Below the pieces are notes generated by a model. It saw only the letters and a program-made list of their open reading frames with translations. It was not told the origin of the DNA and did not search any database. A stretch of 64,000 nucleotides of DNA from a virus (lineage: Duplodnaviria; Caudoviricetes). Where the stretch lies: IMG/VR virus record IMGVR_UViG_3300031088_000008, positions 256,001 to 320,000 of that record. One strand, 5' to 3'. Both the position numbers and the translations under genes were made by a program. Shown here piece by piece: positions 8,836 through 18,406 of the stretch (the stretch's first letter is position 1; the number at the start of each line of letters is the position of its first letter).

Positions 8836-10551
8836 ATGACGGACACTTATTCATGCGGCATAACAGCCCACCGACCGGAAGCGGATCTTTATAATCTGCT
8901 GGGACTTCATCGCGTAGCAACGCGGGAAGAGATCGAAGAAGCTGGTTCAGGCAAGGTGCTAACAGACGATCAGCGGTACGCTTGGAAAGCACTCAGCGAT
9001 CCCACGTACCGTGAGGTCTATGACTTCCGCCACAATACCAAGGACCTGTTCAACGCAGGGTTCTTTGACGACGGGCTCCCCAAGTTGGTTGAGCAATATG
9101 GAACCTACAATCCAACGTTTCAGACCACGTCGCTTCAGAAGGTTCGCAACAACCTGATCAAGCTGATCGGCGGAAACAACGGTGGTCGTCGAGCAGTCCT
9201 GATCACAACTGGCGGAATGGCTCCCATCCACAACGGGCACATCGCAATGATGGAGCGCGCTCGTGAGATCGTTGAGGGCCAGGGCTTTCAAGTAATGGGT
9301 GGCTTCTTTGCCCCAGGACATGACAGCTACGTTAGCCAAAAGTACAACGGAACGGCTGGTATTTCGGCCGTCCATCGTATTGCAATGGTGGAGCTCGCAA
9401 CACAGGACAGTGATTGGCTTGAGGTCGATCCCTGGGCAGCCCGCTACATGCCGGCCGAGGTCAACTTCACGGCGATCGCTCGCCGGATGGAAGCATACTT
9501 GTCCCAGAACTTGGGACAGATCTTTGATGTCTTTTACGTCTACGGCTCCGACAACAGCGGCTTCCAGGAAACTGGCATTCCAAGCGTACAGGTAACGCGA
9601 AGCGAAGTGTCGAGCAAGCTGGTACGCGAGGGTGAGCATCACCACTTGAACCCCCGGGTTGCCAAGTATTTCCAGGAGTATAAGAACCGGGACACGGGAA
9701 ATCTTCCTTACTTGATCCGCAACGAGGAAGACGAGGCAATCGTTGGCTGGGCAAATAGGATGCCGGGCGGTCGTGAGGAGCTCACAAAGCGTCGGGTGCA
9801 GCTTCAGAGCGCGATTCGACTTGCAATCGCACACTTGTTCAAGGGTGCAGGTGGCAATCACAAAGTCCATCTCCTGCCGGTAAGTGAGCAGAAGGAAAAG
9901 GCCACCTGGCTGATCGGTGATCGGAAGGTGATCAGCCTAGATCCATTCTTCCATTACCATGGCGTACACCACCTGGACAGCACTCGCTACTTCAGTCAGA
10001 GCAGCTCACAGTTCTCGGCATTGTTCCGCGATACGCGCTTTGGCTTCGACAGCTTGCAGGAACAGGCAGACAGCATCCCGGACGGCGATTACGTGCTGGT
10101 CGAAGATGACAGCGTGACTGGCGAGACCATCAACAGCGCACGGATGAGACTGGGCGATCGCATCAACATCACGGATGTGATCCTTCTCTCGGACTTTGCA
10201 GACTACAAGGACGACGCCTACTATGATGTGGTGGACCTGAGGGACTTTATCGTTGGAAGTCACATGGGTGGGCTTTCCGTTGTGCTCAATGGTGGTCAAC
10301 GAGGCCGCGCACCATATGCGCTTCCCTACGTGAGCCTTCGCAGTCGGGCAAAGATTCCGCCCTCGGCCGAAATGGAACTCAGCCGTGTGATCTGGCAGGC
10401 CAACGTCCGCTTCTTCACCGACAGCGGGATCCTGATCCGAGATGCCTCGCTGGACTTGCAGGAACTGGCCAACAGCATTGGCTGGGGCAAAGATGGTACC
10501 ATGGAGGACTTTTGCCGCTGGCACGTCGACGCTTTGTTGGACGTGGTGTAA
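8836..10551 (+). CDS. fusion protein: J-domain-like N-terminus + NMN/NaMN adenylyltransferase (eukaryote-type NMNAT-like) + type I phosphoribosyltransferase-like domain
   Basis: DLYNLLG...ATREEI...AWKALSDP..R..YD; GGMAPIHNGH (HxGH), HRIAMVELATQDSDWLEVDPW, VYGSD, SSKLVR; YVLVEDDSVTGETI (PRPP-binding loop). Confidence 0.8.
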   Translation: MTDTYSCGITAHRPEADLYNLLGLHRVATREEIEEAGSGKVLTDDQRYAWKALSDPTYREVYDFRHNTKDLFNAGFFDDGLPKLVEQYGTYNPTFQTTSLQKVRNNLIKLIGGNNGGRRAVLITTGGMAPIHNGHIAMMERAREIVEGQGFQVMGGFFAPGHDSYVSQKYNGTAGISAVHRIAMVELATQDSDWLEVDPWAARYMPAEVNFTAIARRMEAYLSQNLGQIFDVFYVYGSDNSGFQETGIPSVQVTRSEVSSKLVREGEHHHLNPRVAKYFQEYKNRDTGNLPYLIRNEEDEAIVGWANRMPGGREELTKRRVQLQSAIRLAIAHLFKGAGGNHKVHLLPVSEQKEKATWLIGDRKVISLDPFFHYHGVHHLDSTRYFSQSSSQFSALFRDTRFGFDSLQEQADSIPDGDYVLVEDDSVTGETINSARMRLGDRINITDVILLSDFADYKDDAYYDVVDLRDFIVGSHMGGLSVVLNGGQRGRAPYALPYVSLRSRAKIPPSAEMELSRVIWQANVRFFTDSGILIRDASLDLQELANSIGWGKDGTMEDFCRWHVDALLDVV

Positions 10552-10621
10552 AAACCTGGTTGACGTGTTCCTGTTTGGTGCTAAATCTGGTACATAGGAA
10601 ACGCACACAGGAGTTGGTCAC

Positions 10622-11020
10622 ATGGCGCTGGTTCGGATCAAGGAAGACAAAACGCAGGCTCGCCACTATCCACGCAACGAGCGCGGTGGTCGCGGTTCGT
10701 ATGCAATGCGTCGCTATCACAGCAACAGCAAGGTGTACGTTTTCGAAGACGGTGAGTCGATCATCGAGAACCTGATGGAGCGCCGCCAGCGTCCCAGCGC
10801 ACGTTACAAGGCCATCGTCCTCGAGCAGCATCCGGAGCTCGAAGGCAAGATCCGGTGGTCGCAGAAGGCCGGCTGCTCGTGCGGTTGCAGCCCCGGCTTC
10901 CTGGTCGATCACACTGTCCGCAAGGATGGTTCGCCGGCCGACATTTTCATCACGATCACGACGAAGCCGCCCGAGCCCATCGTTGATATGAGCTACGTGG
11001 AAATGGCACTGGCCGCCTAA
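10622..11020 (+). CDS. hypothetical protein with CxCGCSPGF motif
   Basis: Promoter cassette, AGGAG; WSQKAGCSCGCSPGF. Confidence 0.75.
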   Translation: MALVRIKEDKTQARHYPRNERGGRGSYAMRRYHSNSKVYVFEDGESIIENLMERRQRPSARYKAIVLEQHPELEGKIRWSQKAGCSCGCSPGFLVDHTVRKDGSPADIFITITTKPPEPIVDMSYVEMALAA

Positions 11021-11088
11021 AAAGAGGTTGCGGTGTACCAGAGTGGTGCTAACTCTGGTACATCGGAAACGCAGATCGGAGATTGAAC

Positions 11089-11430
11089 ATGGACGCACAG
11101 GCACTCCACACGGAAGCAACCACGGCAGCCCAGAAGGCAGTCGACGACCTGATCGCCAAGTATGGCGAGTCCAGCAATATGTTCGGATGCTGCGGCTTTG
11201 CATGGGTGAAGATTCGCCCGGCGCGTGGCCCGTTCGTCAAGTTCCTGAAGGCCAACAACCTGGGCGACAAGAGCTACAACGGTGGCTACGAGGTTCGCCC
11301 CGAGGTAACGTATCCAGCGGGTTGCGTGGCCTGGCAGTCGATCGAGGTTCGCGAGGCAGGGTGTCGCGCATACGCGAAGGTCCTGAAGGACGCGGGCATC
11401 AACGCTTTCCTGCAGAGCATGGTTGACTAA
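11089..11430 (+). CDS. hypothetical protein of a type common in phages
   Basis: CGFAWVKI...QS...AYAKVL pattern; promoter cassette. Confidence 0.75.
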   Translation: MDAQALHTEATTAAQKAVDDLIAKYGESSNMFGCCGFAWVKIRPARGPFVKFLKANNLGDKSYNGGYEVRPEVTYPAGCVAWQSIEVREAGCRAYAKVLKDAGINAFLQSMVD

Positions 11431-11479
11431 CAGGAAAAGCCTGCTAGTCCTGGTTTATCGGAACAAAAGGAGATCGAGT

Positions 11480-12046
11480 GTGAAGATTCGTTACAATGGC
11501 CAAGACCTCGATCTCCACTACAATGAGAACGGTGGCATGTTCTATGTCACGGACCAGGATGGTGAGGTGGTCGATTGGCTTTGCGGCCGCCACGAAAAGA
11601 TCAGCTTCAACCAGTGCTGGCTCGATCGTCGATGCCTCGCGCAGTTTTCCGTTCGAGGCATCGTCCGGATGCGGGAACCCATGCAGGTTGCCGACGACCC
11701 CACGATGATGCAGGGTGTCGTGCTTTGCGATATCATCCACGACGAGTTCCACGATGACGGCTACAGCCCATTCGGGGACTTCTCGCGCAGCGTTCTCGGC
11801 CAACAGTGCCAGTATGGTTCGCGCTACATCGACGGACGCCTTGAGGGCTATCCTGCACTCGGCGAGGGACTCCGCTTCAACAATGGAAAGCCCTGGGGCA
11901 AAGTCCGTCCCCTGGACGCGTCGGACTATCATGCAGTTCGAATCCATCGCGAGGACATGGGCGAGTTCAAGCGTCGCTATGATGAGCACCGGGATCGGGT
12001 CGTCAACGACGTCAAGACCATTTTCGCCAAACCCAACTTTGATTAA
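11480..12046 (+). CDS. hypothetical protein
   Basis: Promoter plus AGGAGATCGA GTG. Confidence 0.75.
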   Translation: MKIRYNGQDLDLHYNENGGMFYVTDQDGEVVDWLCGRHEKISFNQCWLDRRCLAQFSVRGIVRMREPMQVADDPTMMQGVVLCDIIHDEFHDDGYSPFGDFSRSVLGQQCQYGSRYIDGRLEGYPALGEGLRFNNGKPWGKVRPLDASDYHAVRIHREDMGEFKRRYDEHRDRVVNDVKTIFAKPNFD

Positions 12047-12057
12047 GGAGAGATCGA

Positions 12058-12570
12058 ATGGCAAAGCAACGCCTCTGGCAGATGACCCTGGCCCAGTATG
12101 AAAAGCATCGCGAGAAGCAGTGGCAGCGATCGCTCCGCAAGTCGGGCATGACCTCGTCCAGCTATCGTGACAAGCGTCCTCGTCGCACGGCCAGTCTCTG
12201 GGGTCGGCCCGATCTGGTCCGGAATCCCACGTCGGCCTTCTTTTATCTGCTCGACAACGTGGCCGGCGCCAACGGCGGAAAGCTGCTCAGCGACTTCGGT
12301 GCGCGTGGCAAGTATTTCTGGCATGAGCGCAACCGTGACCGCGATCAGGCCTACTATCTGGTGCGAAAGCGCGGCGACTACATCGTCGTTACGCGGACTC
12401 GCTGGGTCGTGGAGGGCCAGGGCGTCAACACGTTCCTCGGCAGCATAGCGGGCTTCAAAGAGGAGCCCAAGCCGGTCCGTGAAGTGATCCTGAAGCATCC
12501 CATCATGCAGGTCAAGACGTTCCGGGATGCCTACAAGGCCGTGGCCCCTGATTTAGACTGGGACGATTAA
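12058..12570 (+). CDS. basic hypothetical protein
   Basis: AAGGAGAGATCGA ATG. Confidence 0.75.
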   Translation: MAKQRLWQMTLAQYEKHREKQWQRSLRKSGMTSSSYRDKRPRRTASLWGRPDLVRNPTSAFFYLLDNVAGANGGKLLSDFGARGKYFWHERNRDRDQAYYLVRKRGDYIVVTRTRWVVEGQGVNTFLGSIAGFKEEPKPVREVILKHPIMQVKTFRDAYKAVAPDLDWDD

Positions 12571-12644
12571 ACCTGGTTGACAACTGGGTTCCTGGTGTTA
12601 AATCCAGAACATCGGCGCTGTTGCCGGGCAGAGGAGTGAATCAA

Positions 12645-13061
12645 ATGGGTCTTCAGTTCAACGACAACGGCGTCACCCGCACCCTCACCCTGGCCGACAT
12701 GGCCACGATGACCTTTCAGGAGGCCTACAGCGATCTCTACAAGGGGATCAACGGCTTCCGCCCCCGCGGCCACAGTGTGGAGTCCATGCTCCACTTCTTC
12801 GACACCTACGAGGAGCAGTTCGCGCAGTCCGAGAAGGAAGAGGCAGCAGCCCGCGCCAATCGCCTCGCTTACTTGAACCAGAAGCATGGTCAGGTCTTTG
12901 AAACCCTGACGATCGCCGAGCGCTTCAACGAGCAGGCGGCGTACAACCGCTTCATGGCCAAGATGGAGGCCGAGAGCGAGGCCGAGGCCGTCAAGGCGGA
13001 GTTCAAGCGCCGCTTTAGCCCGGCGCCCGTCATTGACGCATGGGAGCATGGAGCGATTTGA
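12645..13061 (+). CDS. hypothetical helical protein
   Basis: Promoter cassette, GAGGAG. Confidence 0.75.
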   Translation: MGLQFNDNGVTRTLTLADMATMTFQEAYSDLYKGINGFRPRGHSVESMLHFFDTYEEQFAQSEKEEAAARANRLAYLNQKHGQVFETLTIAERFNEQAAYNRFMAKMEAESEAEAVKAEFKRRFSPAPVIDAWEHGAI

Positions 13062-13336
13062 GCCAGCCCAAAAACTTTGGTCCCCTTCACGAGCTCCTGG
13101 GAGGAAAGCCGGAGAACAACCCAGCTCAAAAGATGGGCTGGCATCGGGTCGTCATTCACCACACGGCTGGTGGAAAGGCAGGACGTTGGGCAACCGACGT
13201 CTTGACCTGCGAGTGGACGTTCTATACGGCCTGGCATGTTGGGTTCTTTATTGAGGATCGTGAGCAAGCCATGCTATTCAGGATGGCGTTCCTAGAGCAT
13301 GTTGTGGAAAAAGATGAGTCAGCCAAGTCCATTTAG
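13040..13336 (+). CDS. DAxxFKL-family small protein (start may be TTG 13058)
   Basis: C-terminal FFIEDREQAMLFRMAF. Confidence 0.65.
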   Translation: MGAWSDLSQPKNFGPLHELLGGKPENNPAQKMGWHRVVIHHTAGGKAGRWATDVLTCEWTFYTAWHVGFFIEDREQAMLFRMAFLEHVVEKDESAKSI

Positions 13337-13595
13337 TCTAAAGTGCTTGGAGTGGCATGTCTTCCACGTACCGATCCCCACACAATACAGACGAAAGCGG
13401 GATGGTCGGGTTGTCAGAGTCTCGGACGAGAAGCATGACATCTTGGAGTGGTGCGACGATACGCTCCAGGGCAACTGGACATGGGGTGCAAACCAGGGAG
13501 GCAGTGTCCGGCCCTTTTATATACAGGACGCCAGTGATGCCATGCTGTTCAAGCTGACTTGGTTTGATCGGACTCAAAAGCCAGTCTTCCGTTGA
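13314..13595 (+). CDS. DAxxFKL-family small protein
   Basis: ILEWC...W.W...FYIQDASDAMLFKLTW. Confidence 0.75.
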   Translation: MSQPSPFSLKCLEWHVFHVPIPTQYRRKRDGRVVRVSDEKHDILEWCDDTLQGNWTWGANQGGSVRPFYIQDASDAMLFKLTWFDRTQKPVFR

Positions 13596-13633
13596 TTGGT
13601 TGACATGCTGCGAACTGGTGTTACTCAGAACAT

Positions 13634-13846
13634 ATGAGCATTACAATCACTTTGATGAACCTCGTCCACGGCATCACCGGTGTTCTACTGACTGGACTCA
13701 CGGCTATTGTGTTCGTGCTGTTTATCTGGTGGTCCGATGGTGTTCCCAAAAATATGCGTTGGAAGCCCCGACAGTTTATCCCAGTGTGGTCGCTGGGCCT
13801 TTTGGTCGTGGTGTTGTGGCCCCTCTGGATCATGTGGAGTCTCTGA
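13634..13846 (+). CDS. small membrane protein (leaderless)
   Basis: ATG ~8 nt after the -10 box; two TM segments. Confidence 0.65.
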   Translation: MSITITLMNLVHGITGVLLTGLTAIVFVLFIWWSDGVPKNMRWKPRQFIPVWSLGLLVVVLWPLWIMWSL

Positions 13847-14508
13847 TGGGAAGTCATCTTCCAGGTCTGCGGAACTTGCCAGTACCCGACATGTTCGTGG
13901 AGTTCGCGCACATCTATGCCGACGAGGTGTTTGGCGATGAGCAGCACCAAAGCCTGGATGTCATGAAGGACTATCTGGACAAGAACAGTGATCCCTCGGG
14001 TCTGGTCGTCAGTGCCATCCTGATCGACGAGCTGCATGTCAAAGCCAATACGCTGGACGTCACGGAGTTTATCCGCTGCATTCTGCGGCGTGGCCTTGCT
14101 CCTGACTTCGTGGTCTTTGAGGGCAAGATGGCGCCCGTGGCCGACCTGATCATAAGTCAGCTTCCACAGAAGTATCTTAGCTGGCAGACCATTCGAAAGG
14201 AAAACAAAAAGGTCCTGATGTTTGAGACGCCGATGGGTGATCGTATTGGGCTCAAGAACGTGTGGGATGATCGGGAGGAGCATACCTGCGCGCTGCTCAG
14301 TGCCGCGTGGTCTCTATGTCGTGCTGGCGTTGTACCGTTCCCCGATGATGCAATCGTGCGCTTGACTGAGGCTCCCACTACAGGTCTAAAGGTTGTGAGC
14401 GTCCTTCATAGCAAGTACAAGGGCGTTGAAGAAAAGGTCATCAAGCTGATTCGTGCTGCTGGCCATGAAGACCTCGTTCGTCGCTTTGAACTGGTATTTT
14501 TCGGTTGA
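13846..14508 (+). CDS. SCO2522-like / degenerate class I aaRS-fold (HUP) protein
   Basis: VEFAHIYADE, VSAILIDE, TCALLSAAWSLCRAG, SVLHSKYKGVE recall SCO2522-family motifs (from memory, unverified). Confidence 0.45.
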   Translation: MGSHLPGLRNLPVPDMFVEFAHIYADEVFGDEQHQSLDVMKDYLDKNSDPSGLVVSAILIDELHVKANTLDVTEFIRCILRRGLAPDFVVFEGKMAPVADLIISQLPQKYLSWQTIRKENKKVLMFETPMGDRIGLKNVWDDREEHTCALLSAAWSLCRAGVVPFPDDAIVRLTEAPTTGLKVVSVLHSKYKGVEEKVIKLIRAAGHEDLVRRFELVFFG

Positions 14509-14562
14509 ACACTGGAAACCAGGTTATAAAGTGGGTGAATAGAGGGCAGTAGGAGTTCAACG

Positions 14563-15810
14563 GTGTCGCATATTGATGCAGGAGAAACGGTCAGGGCAGT
14601 GCGCTACCAGAACACCTGGTTGCAGATGGCCGATCTTGGCCTCTCGGACTATCAGATCGACCTGATCCAAAATGCAGAAGGCGTCGCAGGAGCCTGGCCC
14701 GACAACGTTCGAAGCTACGTGATCCGCGCACATCTCTATGATCCTCGTGGCGAAGTTGAGTCCATGAAGAACATGAAGCGCCTCAACATCGTGAGCGTTC
14801 GTGAGGACGGTCGCTACTGGCTTACTGGCAAGGGTGAGCTGTACCGCAAGGCGCTGGTTGAGAATCTCCCAGAGGTCAAGGCCCCCAAGATCAACCTCCC
14901 CGTTGTGGTCGAGGATCAAATGGACATCAACCTGGGCCGCGATGGTCTGATGGTAACGGCCAGCAAGTTCTGGTACGTTTGGACGCATCGTGACGAGATC
15001 AGGGCCGCACGGGACAAGAAGTGGCTTGAGGGCTTTCAGAATGGTCAAAAGGAGATCGATGAAGCGATCACCAAGATCCTGGAGCCCCGCGAACCAATCG
15101 TCCTAAAGCCGGAGCCCAAAGTCAACCCCTACTGGAGTGAAGCCCAGCAGCGTAAGAATAACGATCTGTATTGGATGACCCCGGATGCCTTCTGGCTTAA
15201 TCCTCGTGGCATCCTCGCTGAGCCCACGCCGGCTCCCGACTGGTGGACTGTTCCTGAGAACTATCAGCCCAAGGTCTATATTCCCCTCTCGACTGATGAG
15301 CTGGTCGATCAGAGCCTTCTGCCTCCGCCGACTGTTGGTCCTCAGGGTGTCACCGGCTTCCCAGGAATTCGGCAGGCAACAGCCGAGGAGATCGCGGCCA
15401 AGCATCGTCAGAAGAGTGCCGATATGGTCATTGACGAGATCCTCGCAGAGCTTGATCGTCTTGATGCCGAGCAGGTCCAGGAATATGCGGAGTACGAGTA
15501 CTCCATTGCAAAGAACTTTGATCACCACGATCTGGTCATGGTACAATATGGTGACGAGGTCGCTGGCTTCCCAACTGCACAGGAGGCCAACTTGTGGCTT
15601 GCGGCAAAGAAGCAAGCTGCTCGAATGGCTGAACAGCAGGCATACGTTGACGAAAATCGTCGCCAGCAAAAATTGGCGCAGGACCGCTTGCTCCAAGCTG
15701 CCAAGGCCAAGGTTCGCGGACAGAACAACTTCACGGACAATCGCGGCTACGAATATAGCAGCTACAGCGGGAGCAGCTATGACAGCGGTGGTTCGAGCAG
15801 CGACTGGTAA
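14563..15810 (+). CDS. hypothetical protein, winged-helix-like N-region, Ser/Gly tail
   Basis: REDGRYWLTGKG; ends YSGSSYDSGGSSSDW; AGGAG RBS. Confidence 0.75.
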   Translation: MSHIDAGETVRAVRYQNTWLQMADLGLSDYQIDLIQNAEGVAGAWPDNVRSYVIRAHLYDPRGEVESMKNMKRLNIVSVREDGRYWLTGKGELYRKALVENLPEVKAPKINLPVVVEDQMDINLGRDGLMVTASKFWYVWTHRDEIRAARDKKWLEGFQNGQKEIDEAITKILEPREPIVLKPEPKVNPYWSEAQQRKNNDLYWMTPDAFWLNPRGILAEPTPAPDWWTVPENYQPKVYIPLSTDELVDQSLLPPPTVGPQGVTGFPGIRQATAEEIAAKHRQKSADMVIDEILAELDRLDAEQVQEYAEYEYSIAKNFDHHDLVMVQYGDEVAGFPTAQEANLWLAAKKQAARMAEQQAYVDENRRQQKLAQDRLLQAAKAKVRGQNNFTDNRGYEYSSYSGSSYDSGGSSSDW

Positions 15811-15873
15811 AAAGCGGTTGACGCGCTGCCTATTGGTGCTAACTCTGGTTTATAGGCAAACAGGAGATAGACG

Positions 15874-16233
15874 ATGGACATCGACGAAATGAAGGTTTAT
15901 GCTGCTGAGCACGTTCTCAACGAGCTTTGCGCGCCCAGCCAGGGCAGCATCTATCCCGGACTGGGCGGCATCGGTCGCTATCTCGTTCGCGCAACGGCCC
16001 AGAGCGCGCATGAGAACGCATCCCATCTGGGCAAGGTCGAGACTCCCGCTGGCGGTTTCGAAGCCATGCAGACCGCCGCTGTTCAGGACTTTGTTCTCGG
16101 CATCCTGGGAATGGGTGAGTTCATCGACGAGCGTGGGCTGACGGTTCATCATCGTACGCCAACACAGGCCGCTCAGGAACTGGTCAGCGCGGTCTGGCAC
16201 GCCTACATTGGATGGGCGCAGGCGGCCAAATAA
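15874..16233 (+). CDS. hypothetical protein
   Basis: Promoter cassette, AGGAG. Confidence 0.75.
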   Translation: MDIDEMKVYAAEHVLNELCAPSQGSIYPGLGGIGRYLVRATAQSAHENASHLGKVETPAGGFEAMQTAAVQDFVLGILGMGEFIDERGLTVHHRTPTQAAQELVSAVWHAYIGWAQAAK

Positions 16234-16321
16234 CCGCAACATTCTCAATCCGCTAAGTACAACAGTTATTGATTGTTGAGCGGAGTTGTACCATAATGGG
16301 TTAACTCCTAGGGGATTGAGA

Positions 16322-16768
16322 ATGGACGACCTAACCAGTATTGCGGCTGGGCTCCAGCAGCTTGCCGCCAAAGCAGAAACAAAGAAGCCCAACACGGGCA
16401 CCGAAAACGTCATGATCGTTGATGACGAGCCCATGATCCTTGAGTTCGCAATGGACGTTCTCGAGGATTATGGCTATACGGTCAAGGGCGCCCTAAACGC
16501 CAATGAGGCTATCCAAAAGCTGGTCGGCGGTTTCAAGCCTGCTATCATGTGCTGCGACATTGTGTTGCCGGGTGGTATGAATGGCGTGGAACTTGCGCGG
16601 AAAGTCATGGAAGTGATGCCGGACGTCAAGATCCTGCTTTGCAGCGGATACGGAGCAGGCATGCTCGACGGCAGCAAAAACCAGGATGGCTTCAGCATGT
16701 TGGCTAAGCCCTATCAGGTTGAAGAGCTGGCACAGAGGGTGCGGAATATTCTCGACGGAAAAGAGTAA
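16322..16768 (+). CDS. stand-alone response regulator receiver domain (hybrid-kinase/CckA-type)
   Basis: VMIVDDE, DIVLPGGMNGVELA, ILLCSGY, LAKPY. Confidence 0.92.
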   Translation: MDDLTSIAAGLQQLAAKAETKKPNTGTENVMIVDDEPMILEFAMDVLEDYGYTVKGALNANEAIQKLVGGFKPAIMCCDIVLPGGMNGVELARKVMEVMPDVKILLCSGYGAGMLDGSKNQDGFSMLAKPYQVEELAQRVRNILDGKE

Positions 16769-16835
16769 ATCCTGGTTGACGTGCCAATCTCTCCTCTTTA
16801 TAGGAAGTATTGGAAACGCAGACAGGAGACACCAA

Positions 16836-17204
16836 ATGTCCATCGCAGCAGACGACTACCAGAACACGCAGAACGAAATCGCACGCCGCAATTACGCGCT
16901 GACGACCGAAACGCACGACTGCGAGAACATGCTCCAGATCAAGTGCGGTGGCGAGATTCTCGTTACGGTCTGCCAGCCGGCTGGTCCGACTGTTCCCACG
17001 GAGTTCCTGGTTTTCAACGGTGATGGCCTCGATGCCGAGGACAACGACCTGACGGCCGCCGACGCGGTCAAGGTGTTTCCGGTTCGTCTGGATGTCAATG
17101 ATGCGTGGCGCCAGGCTGCGCGCTTTGGCTATCTTCACGCACTGGCCCGCATGATGACTTCGGATATTCGTCAGGAGACCGAAGAACTGCTGATGATGGC
17201 TTAA
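16836..17204 (+). CDS. hypothetical protein
   Basis: Promoter cassette, AGGAG. Confidence 0.75.
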   Translation: MSIAADDYQNTQNEIARRNYALTTETHDCENMLQIKCGGEILVTVCQPAGPTVPTEFLVFNGDGLDAEDNDLTAADAVKVFPVRLDVNDAWRQAARFGYLHALARMMTSDIRQETEELLMMA

Positions 17205-17731
17205 ACGCCCATCAGCTTTAGCGTTAGGTCACGAAGCCGATACAACGCGGCTTCCTGATCTTTTCGCAACCTACGAGGGATACGGTCGGCAACGCAAATG
17301 GTGCCCACACTGTATCCCTCGCTCGTCGTCAGCGACAATCCAGAATAAAATCTCAGATAATCGTAGGTTCCATTGACGAATGGAAGCCCGCAGACCTGTG
17401 AGTCCGCTTGTGCATCATAGATGATCACGGGCTGGTCGGGGCTTCTCGTCAACAGGTTGCAGAACGTTTCCTCGCGACAATAGCGAAGATCGGGGTTGGG
17501 ACTGCCCGTTAGAAGTGCTTTGTAGATGGTACGTTCGTCATCAATCAAGCTGACGGCCGCGACGGGCGTTTCGCAGATCTGTGATGCCAGGGCTGCGATA
17601 TGTAGGAAGTGCTCGTCTGGGAGTTCTCCGATACGGTCCAAGATTTTGGTTACCGCACAGGCGCGGATCGTCTCGGCCAGTTCTTCGCTCAAGCCTGTAA
17701 CGGCCTTTGCGGTGTTCTCGAGATTGTCCAT
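17201..17731 (-). CDS. stand-alone GAF domain protein
   Basis: LASQICETPVAAVSLID, ETFC, LRFYSG..L.T.EG..VGTICVAD..PR. Confidence 0.88.
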   Translation of the reverse strand: MDNLENTAKAVTGLSEELAETIRACAVTKILDRIGELPDEHFLHIAALASQICETPVAAVSLIDDERTIYKALLTGSPNPDLRYCREETFCNLLTRSPDQPVIIYDAQADSQVCGLPFVNGTYDYLRFYSGLSLTTSEGYSVGTICVADRIPRRLRKDQEAALYRLRDLTLKLMGV

Positions 17732-17868
17732 CGTTTTCTCCTCTTGCTCTATTTAGTGAACAAAAAATGTCCTGGTGTGAAAAAAGCGGTTGACGTAAAC
17801 CAGGACGGCATTAGGTGTGTTGAGGACAGGGCAGCAGTTGTCCTGGGCATAACGAGGAGATCGAAATC

Positions 17869-18186
17869 GTGTCTTACAAGAATCTGAACATCAATGCAGC
17901 AGCAACCCTGGCACTCGTCGGTTCGGCCACCAAGGCTCGGATTCGGATGCGCGGTGAGACTCTGCAGATTCGCTTCACCGATCGCACCTCGCTGGTGAAT
18001 CTCCCCAAGGACGAGCAGGTCGCCAATCTCTCGGTCAAGGGCAACGGTCGTCGGCTCGGTCTGCGGTCGGCATTCGCTGGTCACCTGGAAGCCGGCAGCA
18101 AGGTCGCACTGGCGAACCCCAAGTATGGCTGGTACGATGTCGTGCCGAGCACCGAGAACATCGCAGCTTCGGTCACCGCAAACTGA
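17869..18186 (+). CDS. KYGW-family small beta-rich protein (paralog 1)
   Basis: INAAA...LQIRFTDR..VNLPK.E...KYGWY; paralogs at 54978 and 57993. Confidence 0.75.
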   Translation: MSYKNLNINAAATLALVGSATKARIRMRGETLQIRFTDRTSLVNLPKDEQVANLSVKGNGRRLGLRSAFAGHLEAGSKVALANPKYGWYDVVPSTENIAASVTAN

Positions 18187-18191
18187 TCGGC

Positions 18192-18223
18192 GGGGGAGGG
18201 GATGATCTCCTCTCCCCTCCCCC
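18192..18223 (+). terminator. GC-rich hairpin after the KYGW gene
   Basis: GGGGGAGGGGA...TCCCCTCCCCC (no long U-tract). Confidence 0.55.
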
Positions 18224-18240
18224 TGCATAGGAGAAACGTG

Positions 18241-18405
18241 ATGGCAAAGCTGATCATGGTGACCAAAAAGGGTCGTCATCGGAAAGAACATACTTTCCCC
18301 ATCGAGTTCGATGCCACGCAGGATCCCATCGCACGGGCGGCGGCAATCAGCACTGCAACGGCCAGTCTCCTGGACCCCGTTGTCAACTGGCGGATCGAGG
18401 AATAA
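18241..18405 (+). CDS. small hypothetical protein
   Basis: AGGAG RBS. Confidence 0.6.
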   Translation: MAKLIMVTKKGRHRKEHTFPIEFDATQDPIARAAAISTATASLLDPVVNWRIEE

Positions 18406-18406
18406 A

